A stretch of DNA of 64,000 nt. Origin: Raja brachyura (lineage: Eukaryota). Position 1 is the stretch's first letter, and each line of letters starts with the position of its first letter. The notes beneath the pieces are model-generated. The model saw nothing but the letters and a program-made list of their open reading frames with translations. It was not told the origin of the DNA and searched no databases. Location of the stretch: the NCBI GenBank assembly GCA_963514005.1, contig CAUPSL010001169.1:186001-250000 (forward strand), read 5' to 3'. Both the position numbers and the translations under genes were made by a program. Below, piece by piece: positions 49,571 through 61,010 of the stretch.

Positions 49571-50809
49571 TATTTGTGAATGACAATCCATCAATGTGTT
49601 TTTCAGAGGGAGTAAAAATGAATTAATACAAAATTAAAAGCTCATTTTATATTAGAACAGCTACTTTATTGCAGGGAATGAATTTCCACATTGTCAGTTT
49701 CAATGAAAGTAAAGTCAGATCAGACATAATTTTGTGTCTCGTCACTTTTAAATTCAAATTATATTTTCAGGAGGTGAGGTGGAAATGCATTACAAAACTG
49801 ACATTAGTTATGTCTGAAAGTTCAAGTCAATTTGATTCAGTGTCACATGCACTAGCCCGGTGAAGTACAGGTAAAAATAAAAATGTTGCTTGTTGGAAAG
49901 AATATCTGTGTGTTTCCCCAAATATAATTTTAGATACCAACAGACTCACAGCATACACAAGTCAGCAAACTAACCCCATCTTCCTTCCCCCATCCTAGCA
50001 TGTTTGATTTCCATCATTAATTATATATTGCTTAATTGTTTCAACTTTTCCTAAAAGTGGATATGTTAAATATTAGAGGACTGGGGTTTTAAGGTGAAAG
50101 GGGCATCGTTTAAACATCTTTGTGTAATTTTCCATTGATATTGGTGGGTGCCAGGAACGTGCTGGTTGTGCTAGTGATGGAACCACACCTCATAGTGGTG
50201 TTTGAGAGACGTTTGAATAGTGCATAGATGTACAGTGAATGGAAGAAGCATGGGTTATGTGCAAGTAGAGGACATTAGTTTAACTTGATGTCGTGATCAG
50301 CAGTTTAGTCATAGGCCGATGGGAATGTTCCTATGACGTACTGTTCTATATTCTATGTTTTATTAGTACAGGGTTGTTCTGTAGTGGGTCAAACCATTTG
50401 TCGATATGATAACATATGTCAGCCGTATTCACTCTCAGGAGTGCCATGTGCACAGCTACTGGGATAACTTCCATGTGGACAACAATGAAGTTATTCGTGT
50501 GTTGGAAGGGACTGTAGATGCTGGTTTACACCGCAGGTAGACACAAAATGCTGGAGCAACTCAGCGGGACAGGCAGCAGCTCTGGATAGAAGGAATTGGT
50601 GACCTTTCAGGTCGAGACACATTCCTTTCATCCAGTGATGCTGCTTGGCCCGCTGAGTTACTTCAGCAGAAAGTTATTTATGTAAATATTCGATAAATTA
50701 ATACATTTTCTGTAGCCAGTCAAAGAAGGGTCTCGACCCAAAAGGTTACCCATTCCTTCCCCCAGATATATTGCCTGTCCCACTGAGTTACTACAGGTTT
50801 GTGTCAAAC

Positions 50810-51714
50810 CTATTTGATTGCATTCGTAATGAGAATGAAAGGAGCTTTAACAATATTCTTAACTTCCTCTCTAAATTTCTTCTGGGACACTGCATAAATA
50901 ATAGTGTTTGTGCAACAACTCAAACACCGCAGCATATATCCAGTTTGTTCCATTATGGTGAATGGGTCGTTGTAACTTGCTTCCAAAAACTGTGTGTCAG
51001 TAAATTGCACATGTATGTAATATATAAAAATAACCATCCACAACAAAATAAAGCTGCCAGAAATAGCGAGAAGCAAAATTATTGATTTCCTTCGGTTCTC
51101 CATCTCGGCATCAGTGTGCTTCTCAGCTTGTTTGTTTGCTCGGAGTCCACTCCTCACTCTATTTGCCACGATAATGTGCCTGATAGTCAATGAGTTGAGC
51201 AACAAAATTAACACAAATGGGAAAATAGTTGTTAACACGGTTTCCATCCACAAGAATACAACCCAGATGGATAATGTATAAAACGTTGACTTTACATAGC
51301 AGGACCACTGTATATTGTCAATTATTTCTCGCGGTTCGTATATAAAGTAGAATGGAGCATTCTGCAAAACGCTTAAGGAACACATCACCATTATCACCAC
51401 AGCTGCCGTCTTTTCAGTGCAATACTTGGTCCGCAAGGACTGATGACATATAGCAGTGAACCGATCAAAAGTGAAGGCCACAGTTAGCCAAACCGAGCAG
51501 TCGATGGAAATAAAGTGGACCACAAGGTTCCATCTGCAGAATGGGGTGTGATTGAATATCGAGAATGGGAAGTAGCCGTTGACAATCTCATAGAGGATCA
51601 CTTCAGTTATCAGGACCATAAAATCGCCCACAGCCATGCCCACCAGGTAACGAGTGATGCATTTCGAGAGTCCGCAATTTCCACGGGAGAAAATGACAAT
51701 TGCCAGCAAATTTG
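50810..51714 (-). CDS. Class A GPCR, GPR139/GPR142-like, copy B, exon 2
   Basis: Poly-T acceptor ttttgtag|CAAAT (phase 1). Intact 7TM ORF, paralogous to copy A (roughly two-thirds identical by eye). Confidence 0.92.
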
Positions 51715-51747
51715 CTACAAAAAAAAAAATTTAAAAAGTTAATGCCC

Positions 51748-52330
51748 ACTAACTCGCATCAACTTCTACAGATGCACCATAGAACGCATTTTAGCAGGAT
51801 GCATCGCAGCTTGGTTTGGGAACAGCTCCATCCAAGACGGTAAGACATTGCAGCACATTGTGGACATTACCCAGACCATCACACAAACTAACCTCCCTTT
51901 TATTGACTCAATTTATCCCTCACGGTTCCTCCACAGGGCTAGCAGCATAATCAAGGACGAGTCGCACGCTGGCCACTACCTCTGCTCCCCTCTCCTATCA
52001 GACAAAAGGTACAGAAGAGTGATCGGTAAGGTATAGTACGCCACCAGATTTGGAGACAGTTTCGTCCCAGCTGTTATCAGGCAATTGGATTATCCTACCA
52101 CAACCAGAGAGCAGTACAAAAACTACTACCCACCTCTTTGGTGACCCTCGGACTATCCTTGATCGGACTTTGCTGTGCTTACATTGCACTGAACGTTATT
52201 CCCTTACCATCTATATACACTGATAATGCATCGATTGTAATCATGTATTGGCTTTCTGCTGACTGATTAGCACATAACACAAGCTGTACTCTGTACCTCG
52301 GCACATGTGACAATAAACTAAACTTAAACT
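51748..52330 (+). mobile_element. Rex1/Babar-like LINE 3' fragment in the GPCR B intron
   Basis: NFYRCTIE.IL.GCIAAWFGNSS..LQHIV..IIKDESHAGH; tail CAATAAACTAAAC. Confidence 0.78.
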
Positions 52331-54328
52331 GAAACGTTGAAATATCTCCGTCTGATTGTTCTTTCCACTGTCACTGGACCTCCTCTCCATCACAATCCAG
52401 TTGATATTCATTCATATTAAAAACTGAATTCATTCTTAACTCAAGTTCCATTTATATTCCCAATTAGTTGAAACCGATTTAGTTTATTAACGTGGTACTG
52501 GTAAAAACTTGCGTTTCCGACCCAAAGTCAGAGTTTATCCTAATATATAGGAAGCTAAATCATACTGGCAACAGCCGGTCACAAGTTCACCGAAGCCACA
52601 TCTATTAACCCGTCAAAGCTACCTTGGAGAATCCATCACCATGGGATCTTCTTATTCAAGATCCCATGCACGCAAGCGGGTTAGACTGATTCTCGACCTG
52701 AGCAACAGAGATCTTTAGTAATTTAAGTCGGCTACGGATTTCGCACACCCATTGTAAACTAGTCACCGTGTTGAAGAAGAAAGTTCTCGACCCGATAAGT
52801 CACCCATCCAGAGATGCTGCCTGTCCGGCTGAGTTACTCCAGTATTGTGTGTACTTATTCAGCCCTGTTGAATAGTTATGTGTGGCAATCCATGAAGTGG
52901 ACCCGAAGGTATCTTGTTCCCTCGGAAGGTGAAGGACTTGGGGATGTTCAATGGCTGTACAGAATGAAAGCCACGGTTGGACATTCGTTGAAGGTATCCC
53001 ATTTGTTCAACGTTGCCTCTATTTTGGCATTGGATGTGTTGTGTGTTGCTGATGGAAAAGACGAAGGAGAGGCTCACTGAAGATTGTGAAGGATCATTTA
53101 ACCTAGTTTCACCTTCCTGCAAAAGAAAGTGTTTGATTCCCTTCGTATCCAAAGCTTTTAGATAAACGCAGCGTAATTTTGCACATGTGATACGTTACTG
53201 AAGAACCACAAGACATGATACAAGGATAGATTTAAGAGGATTTAAGAGAGAGCGTGTGGAGTCAAGGGATATGGGGAGAAGGCAGGCACGGGATATTGAT
53301 AGCGGACGATCAGCCATGATCATATTGAATGGCGGTACTGGCTAGAAGGGCCGAATGGCCTCCTCCTGCACCTATTTTCTATGTTTCTATGGTAGGTCTA
53401 AGGCGTACAATTGTGTCTTCGATCTCTCGGTAATACATTCCCACGTTTTCCCGTGCCCTGAGGTATTTTGCCCAGGAATCGACTTTGCTGCTTACACTGT
53501 GATGGTGCAAATACGAATAATTACTTTTTCTTAAATACAGCATGTAAGCAGGCCGTTCGGCGCAACCTGCCAATGCCGAGCAGGATGCCCCATCTATGCG
53601 ACCCACCTGCCTACATTCGAACCATATCCCCAAAACATACCCTATCCATGCGCGCATTCAGGTGTCTTTTAAATGCCGTTCTGGTACTTTCCTCAATTAC
53701 CCAATGTGTCGGAAGGAAGGAAGCGTTCGGCAACCTGGAAATCAGTCTGAGGAAGGGCCTCAACGCGAAACGTCACCCATTCCTTCTACCCAGAAATGCT
53801 GCCTGTCCCGCTAAGTTACTCCAGCTTTTTGTGCCTATCTTCGAAACTTATAAAAAGCCTGGTGTTAGTAATGGTCGCCATGGTTTTGTATGTAGTGCGG
53901 TGAGGATAATATATCGTCCTGACATTTCCGCGGCTTCCAGGCATCGTGGGTGAATACATTCACAGCAGGTAACCAGAGCGAGATGTGACTTGGATTCAAA
54001 TCAGTCCGAGACGCGCATGTCGGACGAAACAATAGGCACTGCTGATGCTGGGAAATTGACTAAAATAAAACCTGCTGGAGTAATTCAGCGGGCCAGACAG
54101 CATTAGTGTATGTAAACTGACAGGCGACGTTTTGCTTTGGGATTCTGCTTCACTTTGACATCCCATTTTTTACTCATGCGCAAGAAGTTTGTATCTGCAT
54201 TATTGGCCAGATTCGTACCTCCGATAAGTGGTTTGCATTCTTCTTTTTTTAATGTTGTTATTTCTCAGAAAACACGGCATTCCTCTTATCGAAGCACTTC
54301 CGCCGGTACTTTGCAGCGTATCTTATGG

Positions 54329-54553
54329 TTAGTTTAGAGATGCAGCATCTTCCTTCGGCCCTTCGGCCCATCGAGTCCGCGTCGACCAACGATCCCCGCA
54401 CACTAACACTACCCCACATACACACCTGGGACTATTTACATGTATACCAAGCCGATTGACCTACAAACCTATACGTATTAGGACTGTGGGAGGAAACCGG
54501 AGCACCCTGAGGAAACCCAAGCGATCACGGGGAGAACGTACAAACTCCGTACA
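54329..54553 (-). mobile_element. V-SINE fragment
   Basis: Reverse complement of the SINE core and tail. Confidence 0.7.
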
Positions 54554-54761
54554 GAGTTAGAGCTTGATCACAAGGTACGATACAGTTACTTTGACCAGAC
54601 AAATGCTAAGCACATATTTTTGCTCATGACAGCTGCCGAAACAATCAACGTGGATTCCGCGTCCGTGAACTATTTATTCACCGCTGTACATCGGTGTCCT
54701 TTTCGCAAAAAAATGGAATAGAAAATTAAAAGAAACATGAAGACTGATATTAGCTGCTTAC

Positions 54762-54831
54762 CAGGAACACCAACAATGGCAAGAGAAGGGTAGAATATAT
54801 TTTCTATCTGTATAATTACGGGTTGTCCCAT
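54762..54831 (-). CDS. Class A GPCR, GPR139/GPR142-like, copy B, exon 1
   Basis: ATG MGQPVIIQIENIFYPSLAIVGVP + G|gtaagc (70 bp). Joins exon 2 as GVPANLLAIV; total 975 nt = 324 aa + stop. Confidence 0.9.
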
Positions 54832-54898
54832 TTTAGTAGAGCAGCAACGTTACTTGGTCACCAACTGGATTCGGATTCTCTGACTTAAAATTGTCGTC

Positions 54899-54945
54899 TT
54901 TATACTCGAAAGAATCGTCCAGAGACACGAACATTGCGCAATTGG
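54899..54945 (-). promoter_or_regulatory. GPCR copy B proximal promoter: TATA box, C/EBP palindrome, CCAAT
   Basis: TATAAA at 54904-54899 (-), ATTGCGCAAT at 54933-54942, CCAAT at 54945-54941 (-); 70-115 bp upstream of the ATG. Confidence 0.55.
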
Positions 54946-57191
54946 TATAAAATGCAGCTGTTCGAGCGTAGATCGAGCGTAGATTGCTCCTAGTCTTCAG
55001 GGATAAGATGTTTCCAAGAGCCGTATTTCCACATAGTTCTTCCTCGCATAAAGTGGCACAGCTAGCATCATCTGGTGTAACCCACTATTAAAAGGACCCT
55101 AAGGAATCGTGCATTAGCCTGTTACTCTCATCCGAAATATTCAGGTGCATTTAGATCCGGCTTTCTCCTCAGATCCATAAAGAAAATGACATAGAATTTT
55201 GGAGGATCCAATAACAGATAGCAGCAACCTTCAATACCTACAGGACCGGATATACCCTGCGCGGCGTTAAATAGAGATTCGTGGTTGTGCGTGTGGTTTC
55301 ATACGATCATTATATCATAAGTGCTAGGAGCAGAATTAGGCAAATCGGCCCATTACGTTTACTCCGCTATTCAATCATGGCTGATATATCTCTCCCTCCT
55401 CGCCCCAATGTCCTGCCTTCTCCCAATAATATCTAACACCCGTTTGGCCATTCAAATAAAGTAGATAAGACCGCATATTGAATCAAAATGTCAATATTGT
55501 TGGCGAAACCGTGAAGTTCAATGTCCACATGCGAAGAGTGTGCATGAAAGTAAACGTCTGATAATCTGTTTAGTGTTCGTTTACTTGGTGGATCCGACGC
55601 AATATAGGAAAACACATATCAACGTATGATATGGTTAGCACCTTCGTAAATTGTAGAGCTTGGTGAGATAAAGTGGCCGCGAGACAGAATGAACCACAGG
55701 TGGATTAGCCAAACATCTGTGGCAGACCAATGTTGTAGACCATTATAAAGAAGGTAAGAATGTGTTGGTCGGACAAATGTTAAATATTGTGGAGTGGCAA
55801 ATTCTTGTTCAAGGTATTCATAACGATCAGTGACATAAAACCTTAGGTCATGACCGAAAATGAGAAATCATACTGTAACCCCCGGACTAAGAAACATATA
55901 TTTGGGAGCGGTTGTACGTAATCTATTGCAGTTTCATTGGCCGGGAACAATTTTCCTCTTTCCATCCGAAACAACCTGGAATTTGTGTCAATGTCTGAAG
56001 CTCTGCAGGCGTCATCATTGCAAATTTCTCGCAGGCAGCGCCGGAAACTGCGATTTAAGATAATGAGGTCATCATAATAGGAGCAGAATTAGGCCATTCG
56101 GCCCCTCAAGTCTACTCAACCATTCAACCGTGGCTCGTCTATCTCTCCCCCTAACCCCATTATCGTATCTTCTCCCCTGAACACGTGACACCGGTTTCAC
56201 TCGANNNNNNNNNNNNNNNNNNNNNNNNNNNNNNNNNNNNNNNNNNNNNNNNNNNNNNNNNNNNNNNNNNNNNNNNNNNNNNNNNNNNNNNNNNNNNNNN
56301 NNNNNNNNNNNNNNNNNNNNNNNNNNNNNNNNNNNNNNNNNNNNNNNNNNNNNNNNNNNNNNNNNNNNNNNNNNNNNNNNNNNNNNNNNNNNNNNNNNNN
56401 NNNNNNNNNNNNNNNNNNNNNNNNNNNNNNNNNNNNNNNNNNNNNNNNNNNNNNNNNNNNNNNNNNNNNNNNNNNNNNNNNNNNNNNNNNNNNNNNNNNN
56501 NNNNATCAGAAATGGCTTACGCGAGATGTGAGGCGGGGAGCGATTTAACCGGAATCCAATAGGCATCGTTCTAGCTCAGATCAACATTTCTATCTGGAAT
56601 GAGCTGCTATTGGAACCCAGTAAAGTGGGTACAATTGTAATCTTTAAAATATATTTTGACAGATTTGTGGATCGAAAAGGTGCAGGGAGGCACATGGGCG
56701 AAATTCGGCAAATGTGACTTGCGCAAATTGTCAATTTGGTCGGCATGGATATAATATCGGGCGTGAAGTCGGCTGAGGATGGGCCTGTTTCCACGATGGC
56801 TCTCTAAACTAAACTAAATTAAATAAAATGTTTGTGCCAACGATATCTTCCAGATTTCATCTCCATTTCATCTAACAAGCCGAAATGGCTTTTCGACCTA
56901 ATCATCAGGGGCAAAATGTTCATGACATCTTCCCAAAAGAATGATGTTGAACAGCATTGGGAGATGTCAAGGAAATACATCCGTTCGAAAAGGAGCAATC
57001 CTGCCGTCCACAATTTGCTAACCCAGCTGACATCTCCAGCTGATGAAACCCGTGTGCGAACGGGGCGTCGAAGGACGAAAAGCCAAAGCGAAGAAGTGGA
57101 ATGAATGAATGTAGGACAATGAAATTCTTGCTTTGCTTCAGCACAGCAGAATGTAGTAGGCATGAATACAGAAGAGATCAGTGTGTCCACA

Positions 57192-59503
57192 TCTATATTA
57201 CTAAAAGTCGCATCTTGACCATTTCCTGTTGCACTGTATATTGACTTTAGAAAAACGCTGACTTTCTCAGTGTCCCCCTCCGCTGCGCAGGGCAAGAGGA
57301 TATTTTCCCAACGATGAAAAATAAAATACTTATTAATGTTTAGAAAAAGTTAAAATTCACTCTAGGGAAGGCTACGCTCATTCCGGAGGGACTGTAAAAC
57401 CCGGAAGTGTTGTGTGCCTGAGTCAGTCTCTGCAAGATGGGGGAGCAAGAGGCTCACGTATCTCAGTCCGAGCTGGGAATAACACTGAACACATGTATAC
57501 TAAACTGTGGGTGCCCTTAATGTGGTTTGAAAATGCTGATGTGTTTTTTGGTTTGAAAATGCTTTCTAAAGGTGTTTTTAGTTTTAAAATGCATGTAAAA
57601 AGTGTGTTGTGGTTTGAAAATGCAAACGTTGTCTTTGGCTTGAGACTGCTAAAGTTGCCTTGCCTAATTAGCGTTGCCTTGCCTAATTAAAGTTGCTTTG
57701 CCTAACTAAAGCTGCCTTGCCTAATTAAAGTTGCCTGGCGAAATTAAAGTTGCCTTGCCAAATGCAACAGGTTTGTTTTGAAAATGCGCCTTTTTACTGT
57801 GTCTTATTGAAAAGTGTGCAACTGCTTTTGGAGGGAAAAACCATGAATAAATGTTTTATTAGATCAGGACTGTGTTCAATGCAAATTGCCGTTCATTCCA
57901 TGACTTTCGCTTAGTGGAGAGGTGGCGCTGAGTGCGTCATTTCCGTTTAGTGGAGATGTGGCGCTGAGTGCGTCATTTCACCTTAGTGGGGACTTGCCAC
58001 TAACTGCGGAAGGCCAAAGTACAAGCCTGAACCGGTTGAGTAATTCAAGAGAGCGTACTGCCATTTTTACGGTGAGTGTTTTTGTTGAAAGTTATTTATG
58101 TCACGTTTTTGATGTAGCAGCAGCTGTAGTGGAGTGTGTCCGAATAACAATGGCTTTAAACGGTTGGTTTAATCATTCGGTTTAGACACACGTGTGTTCT
58201 TTTTTCCAATATTTTTACATGGAGTATATGGTTAGTAACAGGATTCAGTATGCTTACCACGTTCTGAAGTTACGTNNNNNNNNNNNNNNNNNNNNNNNNN
58301 NNNNNNNNNNNNNNNNNNNNNNNNNNNNNNNNNNNNNNNNNNNNNNNNNNNNNNNNNNNNNNNNNNNNNNNNNNNNNNNNNNNNNNNNNNNNNNNNNNNN
58401 NNNNNNNNNNTGTGTGAATGAGTGAGTGTCTNNNNNNNNNNNNNNNNNNNNNNNNNNNNNNNNNNNNNNNNNNNNNNNNNNNNNNNNNNNNNNNNNNNNN
58501 NNNNNNNNNNNNNNNNNNNNNNNNNNNNNNNNNNNNNNNNNNNNNNNNNNNNNNNNNNNNNNNNNNNNNNNNNNNNNNNNNNNNNNNNNNNNNNNNNNNN
58601 NNNNNNNNNNNNNNNNNNNNNNNNNNNNNNNNNNNNNNNNNNNNNNNNNNNNNNNNNNNNNNNNNNNNNNNNNNNNNNNNNNNNNNNNNNNNNNNNNNNN
58701 NNNNNNNNNNNNNNNNNNNNNNNNNNNNNNNNNNNNNNNNNNNNNGAGTGTGCGGCTGTGTGAGTGTGTGGCTGTGTGTGTGTCTGTGTGTGTGCCTTTG
58801 TGTGTGTCTGTGTGTGTGCCTGTATGTGTGTCTGTGTGTGTGCCTGTGTTTTGCCTGTGTGTGTGGGAGAGCCACTAAAAGTGCATGGGGTGGTTGTGGG
58901 GAGATGCCCTGAGGAAGGGGAATGGCAAGGAGCAGAGTGGGGGGTGAATGGTCGAGGGGTGACTGAGTGAACTGCTAGCGTACCAGCCGTGAGTGACTGC
59001 ACTGCCAGCCCACCAGCCATGAGTAAGAGAACTGCTAGCCTATCAGCCATGACTGCTAGCCCACCAGGGGTGACTGAGTGAACTGCTATCGTACCAACCG
59101 TGAGCGACTGCAGTGCCAGCCCACCAGCCATGAGTAAGTGAACTGCTAGCCCACCAATTGTAAGTGACTGAACTGCCAGCCCACCAGCCGTGAGTGACTG
59201 CACTACCAGCCCACCAGCCACGAGTAAGTGAACTGCCAGCCCACCAGCCGTGACTCGCTACACGGCGAGCCCAAGAATCCACTCAGTCCACGCTCTCCTC
59301 CTTCTCTCTCACAGTGTCTGTCACCTGTTTTGGGCAGCATTTATGGTAGTTTCTCAGCTGCCAACCTGCCAGGTCTGTGTGACTGTAGTGCCAGGCCTCA
59401 GTGACTGAGGTGCCAGCGTAAGAATCCATTCTGCCCACAATGTCCATACTAGCCCTCTGGAAACCAGTTCAGTCGGCCCACAACACCTATACTAGCGTTA
59501 CAG

Positions 59504-59535
<32 letters not shown>

Positions 59536-59605
59536 ACTGGCCAGCAATCTTGGAATTGGTGGAGAGGTGGAATATTGCCTTGGGTGACCAGCCATCCCGT
59601 GTGAG
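57192..59605 (+). mobile_element. Putative non-autonomous Helitron-like element with internal tandem arrays (3' end not visible)
   Basis: A|TCTATATTACTAAAAG 5' end. Internal 20-bp (57650-57760), 36-bp (57910-57990) and 39-bp (58955-59260) repeats plus (TG)n. A related inverted fragment lies at 47300-47450. Confidence 0.45.
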
Positions 59606-60590
59606 AAACTGATAATGGTCTAATAATGTTCAGAGATTTCTTTCAGTTGAGTTTAATAGCCTGATGGCTGTGGTGTAAAAGCTGTTCCTGAACCTGGACG
59701 TTGCAGTCTTCAGGCTCCTGTGCCTTCTATCTGAAGGTGGCGAGGAAATGAGTGTGTGGGCAGGCTGGTGTGGGTCCTTGATGATGCTGCCAGCAATTTT
59801 GAGGCAGCGACTGCGATAGATCCCCTCGATTGTAGGAAGTCAGAGCCGATGATGGACTTGGCAGTGTTTACTACTTTTTGTCGTCTTTTCAGCTCCTGGG
59901 CGCTCAAGTTGCCGAACCAAGCCACGATGCAACCAGTCAGCATGCTCTCTGCTGTGCGCATGTATAAGTTAGAGAGGATCCTCTTTGACATACCGACTCT
60001 CCGTAATCTTCTCAGGAAGTAGAGTTGCTGATGTGATTTCTTTATAATTCCATCAGTGTTCTCGAACCAGGAAATATCTTCAGAAATATGCTTGCCCAGG
60101 AATTTGAAGCTGTTGACCCTCTCCACCATCGACCCGTTGATATAAATGAGACTGTGGGTCCCCATCCTACCCCTCCCAAAGTCCTCAATTAGTTCCTTGG
60201 TTTTGCTGGTGTTGAGGGCCAGGTTATTGTGCTGACACCATTTGGTCTGTCGGTCGATCTCTCTTCTATACTCTGACTCGTCTCCATCAGTGACACATCC
60301 CACAACAGTGGTGTCGTCAACGAACTTGATGATGGAGTTCGCACTATGACCGGCTACGCAGTCATGAGTATAGAGTGAGTACAGCAGGGGGCTGCGCACG
60401 CAGCCTTGAGGTGCTCCCGTGCTGATTGTAATCGAGGCTGACACATTCCCACCAATACGAGCAGACTGTGGTCTGTGATTGAGGAAGTCGAGGATCCAAT
60501 TGTAGAGGGATGCACAGAGACCCAAATCTGAGATCTTAGTAACCAGCTTGGAGGGGATTATTGTATTAAATACCGAGCTGTAATCAATGA
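59606..60590 (-). mobile_element. Rex1/Babar-like LINE RT fragment
   Basis: ORF 59710..60525: [52 protein letters not shown]. Confidence 0.9.
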
Positions 60591-60770
60591 ATGGCTTTTA
60601 GGCGTCGCGTTCATTCGGTTATTTGACTTTAAGCCGTCCGCCCATTCGGTTATTTGGCATTTAGGCGTCATGTCCGTTCCGTTATTTGCCTGTGCGGATT
60701 CATTTCCGTTATGTGTCTTGGCCGACACTCCTTCGCTTCGGCTTCTCGTCCTTCTACGTCCAGTACGGGT

Positions 60771-61010
60771 ACTGATCCCCGCACACTAACACTATGCTAC
60801 GCACACTGGGGACTATTTACACTTCTAACAACTCAATTAATCTACACGCCTGCACATCTTCGGAAGAAACCGAAGATATCGGAGAAAACCACGCGGTCAC
60901 TGGGAGAACGTACAAACTCCGTACAGACAAGCACCCGTAGTCCGGATCGAACCCGCGCCTCAGGCGCAGCAAGCGCTGTATGGCAGCAACTCGACCACTG
61001 CGCACCGTGC
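60771..61010 (-). mobile_element. V-SINE (HE1-like)
   Basis: Head GCACGGTGCGCAGTGG..GGGTTCGATCC and core on the minus strand. Confidence 0.75.

Noticed and set aside
56819-57295. Overlapping 158-aa and 90-aa ORFs
   Set aside because: No recognisable domain; partly overlap a repeat end.
58955-59260. Regularly spaced repeats suggestive of CRISPR
   Set aside because: Contiguous 39-bp minisatellite units with no unique spacers, in a vertebrate genome.
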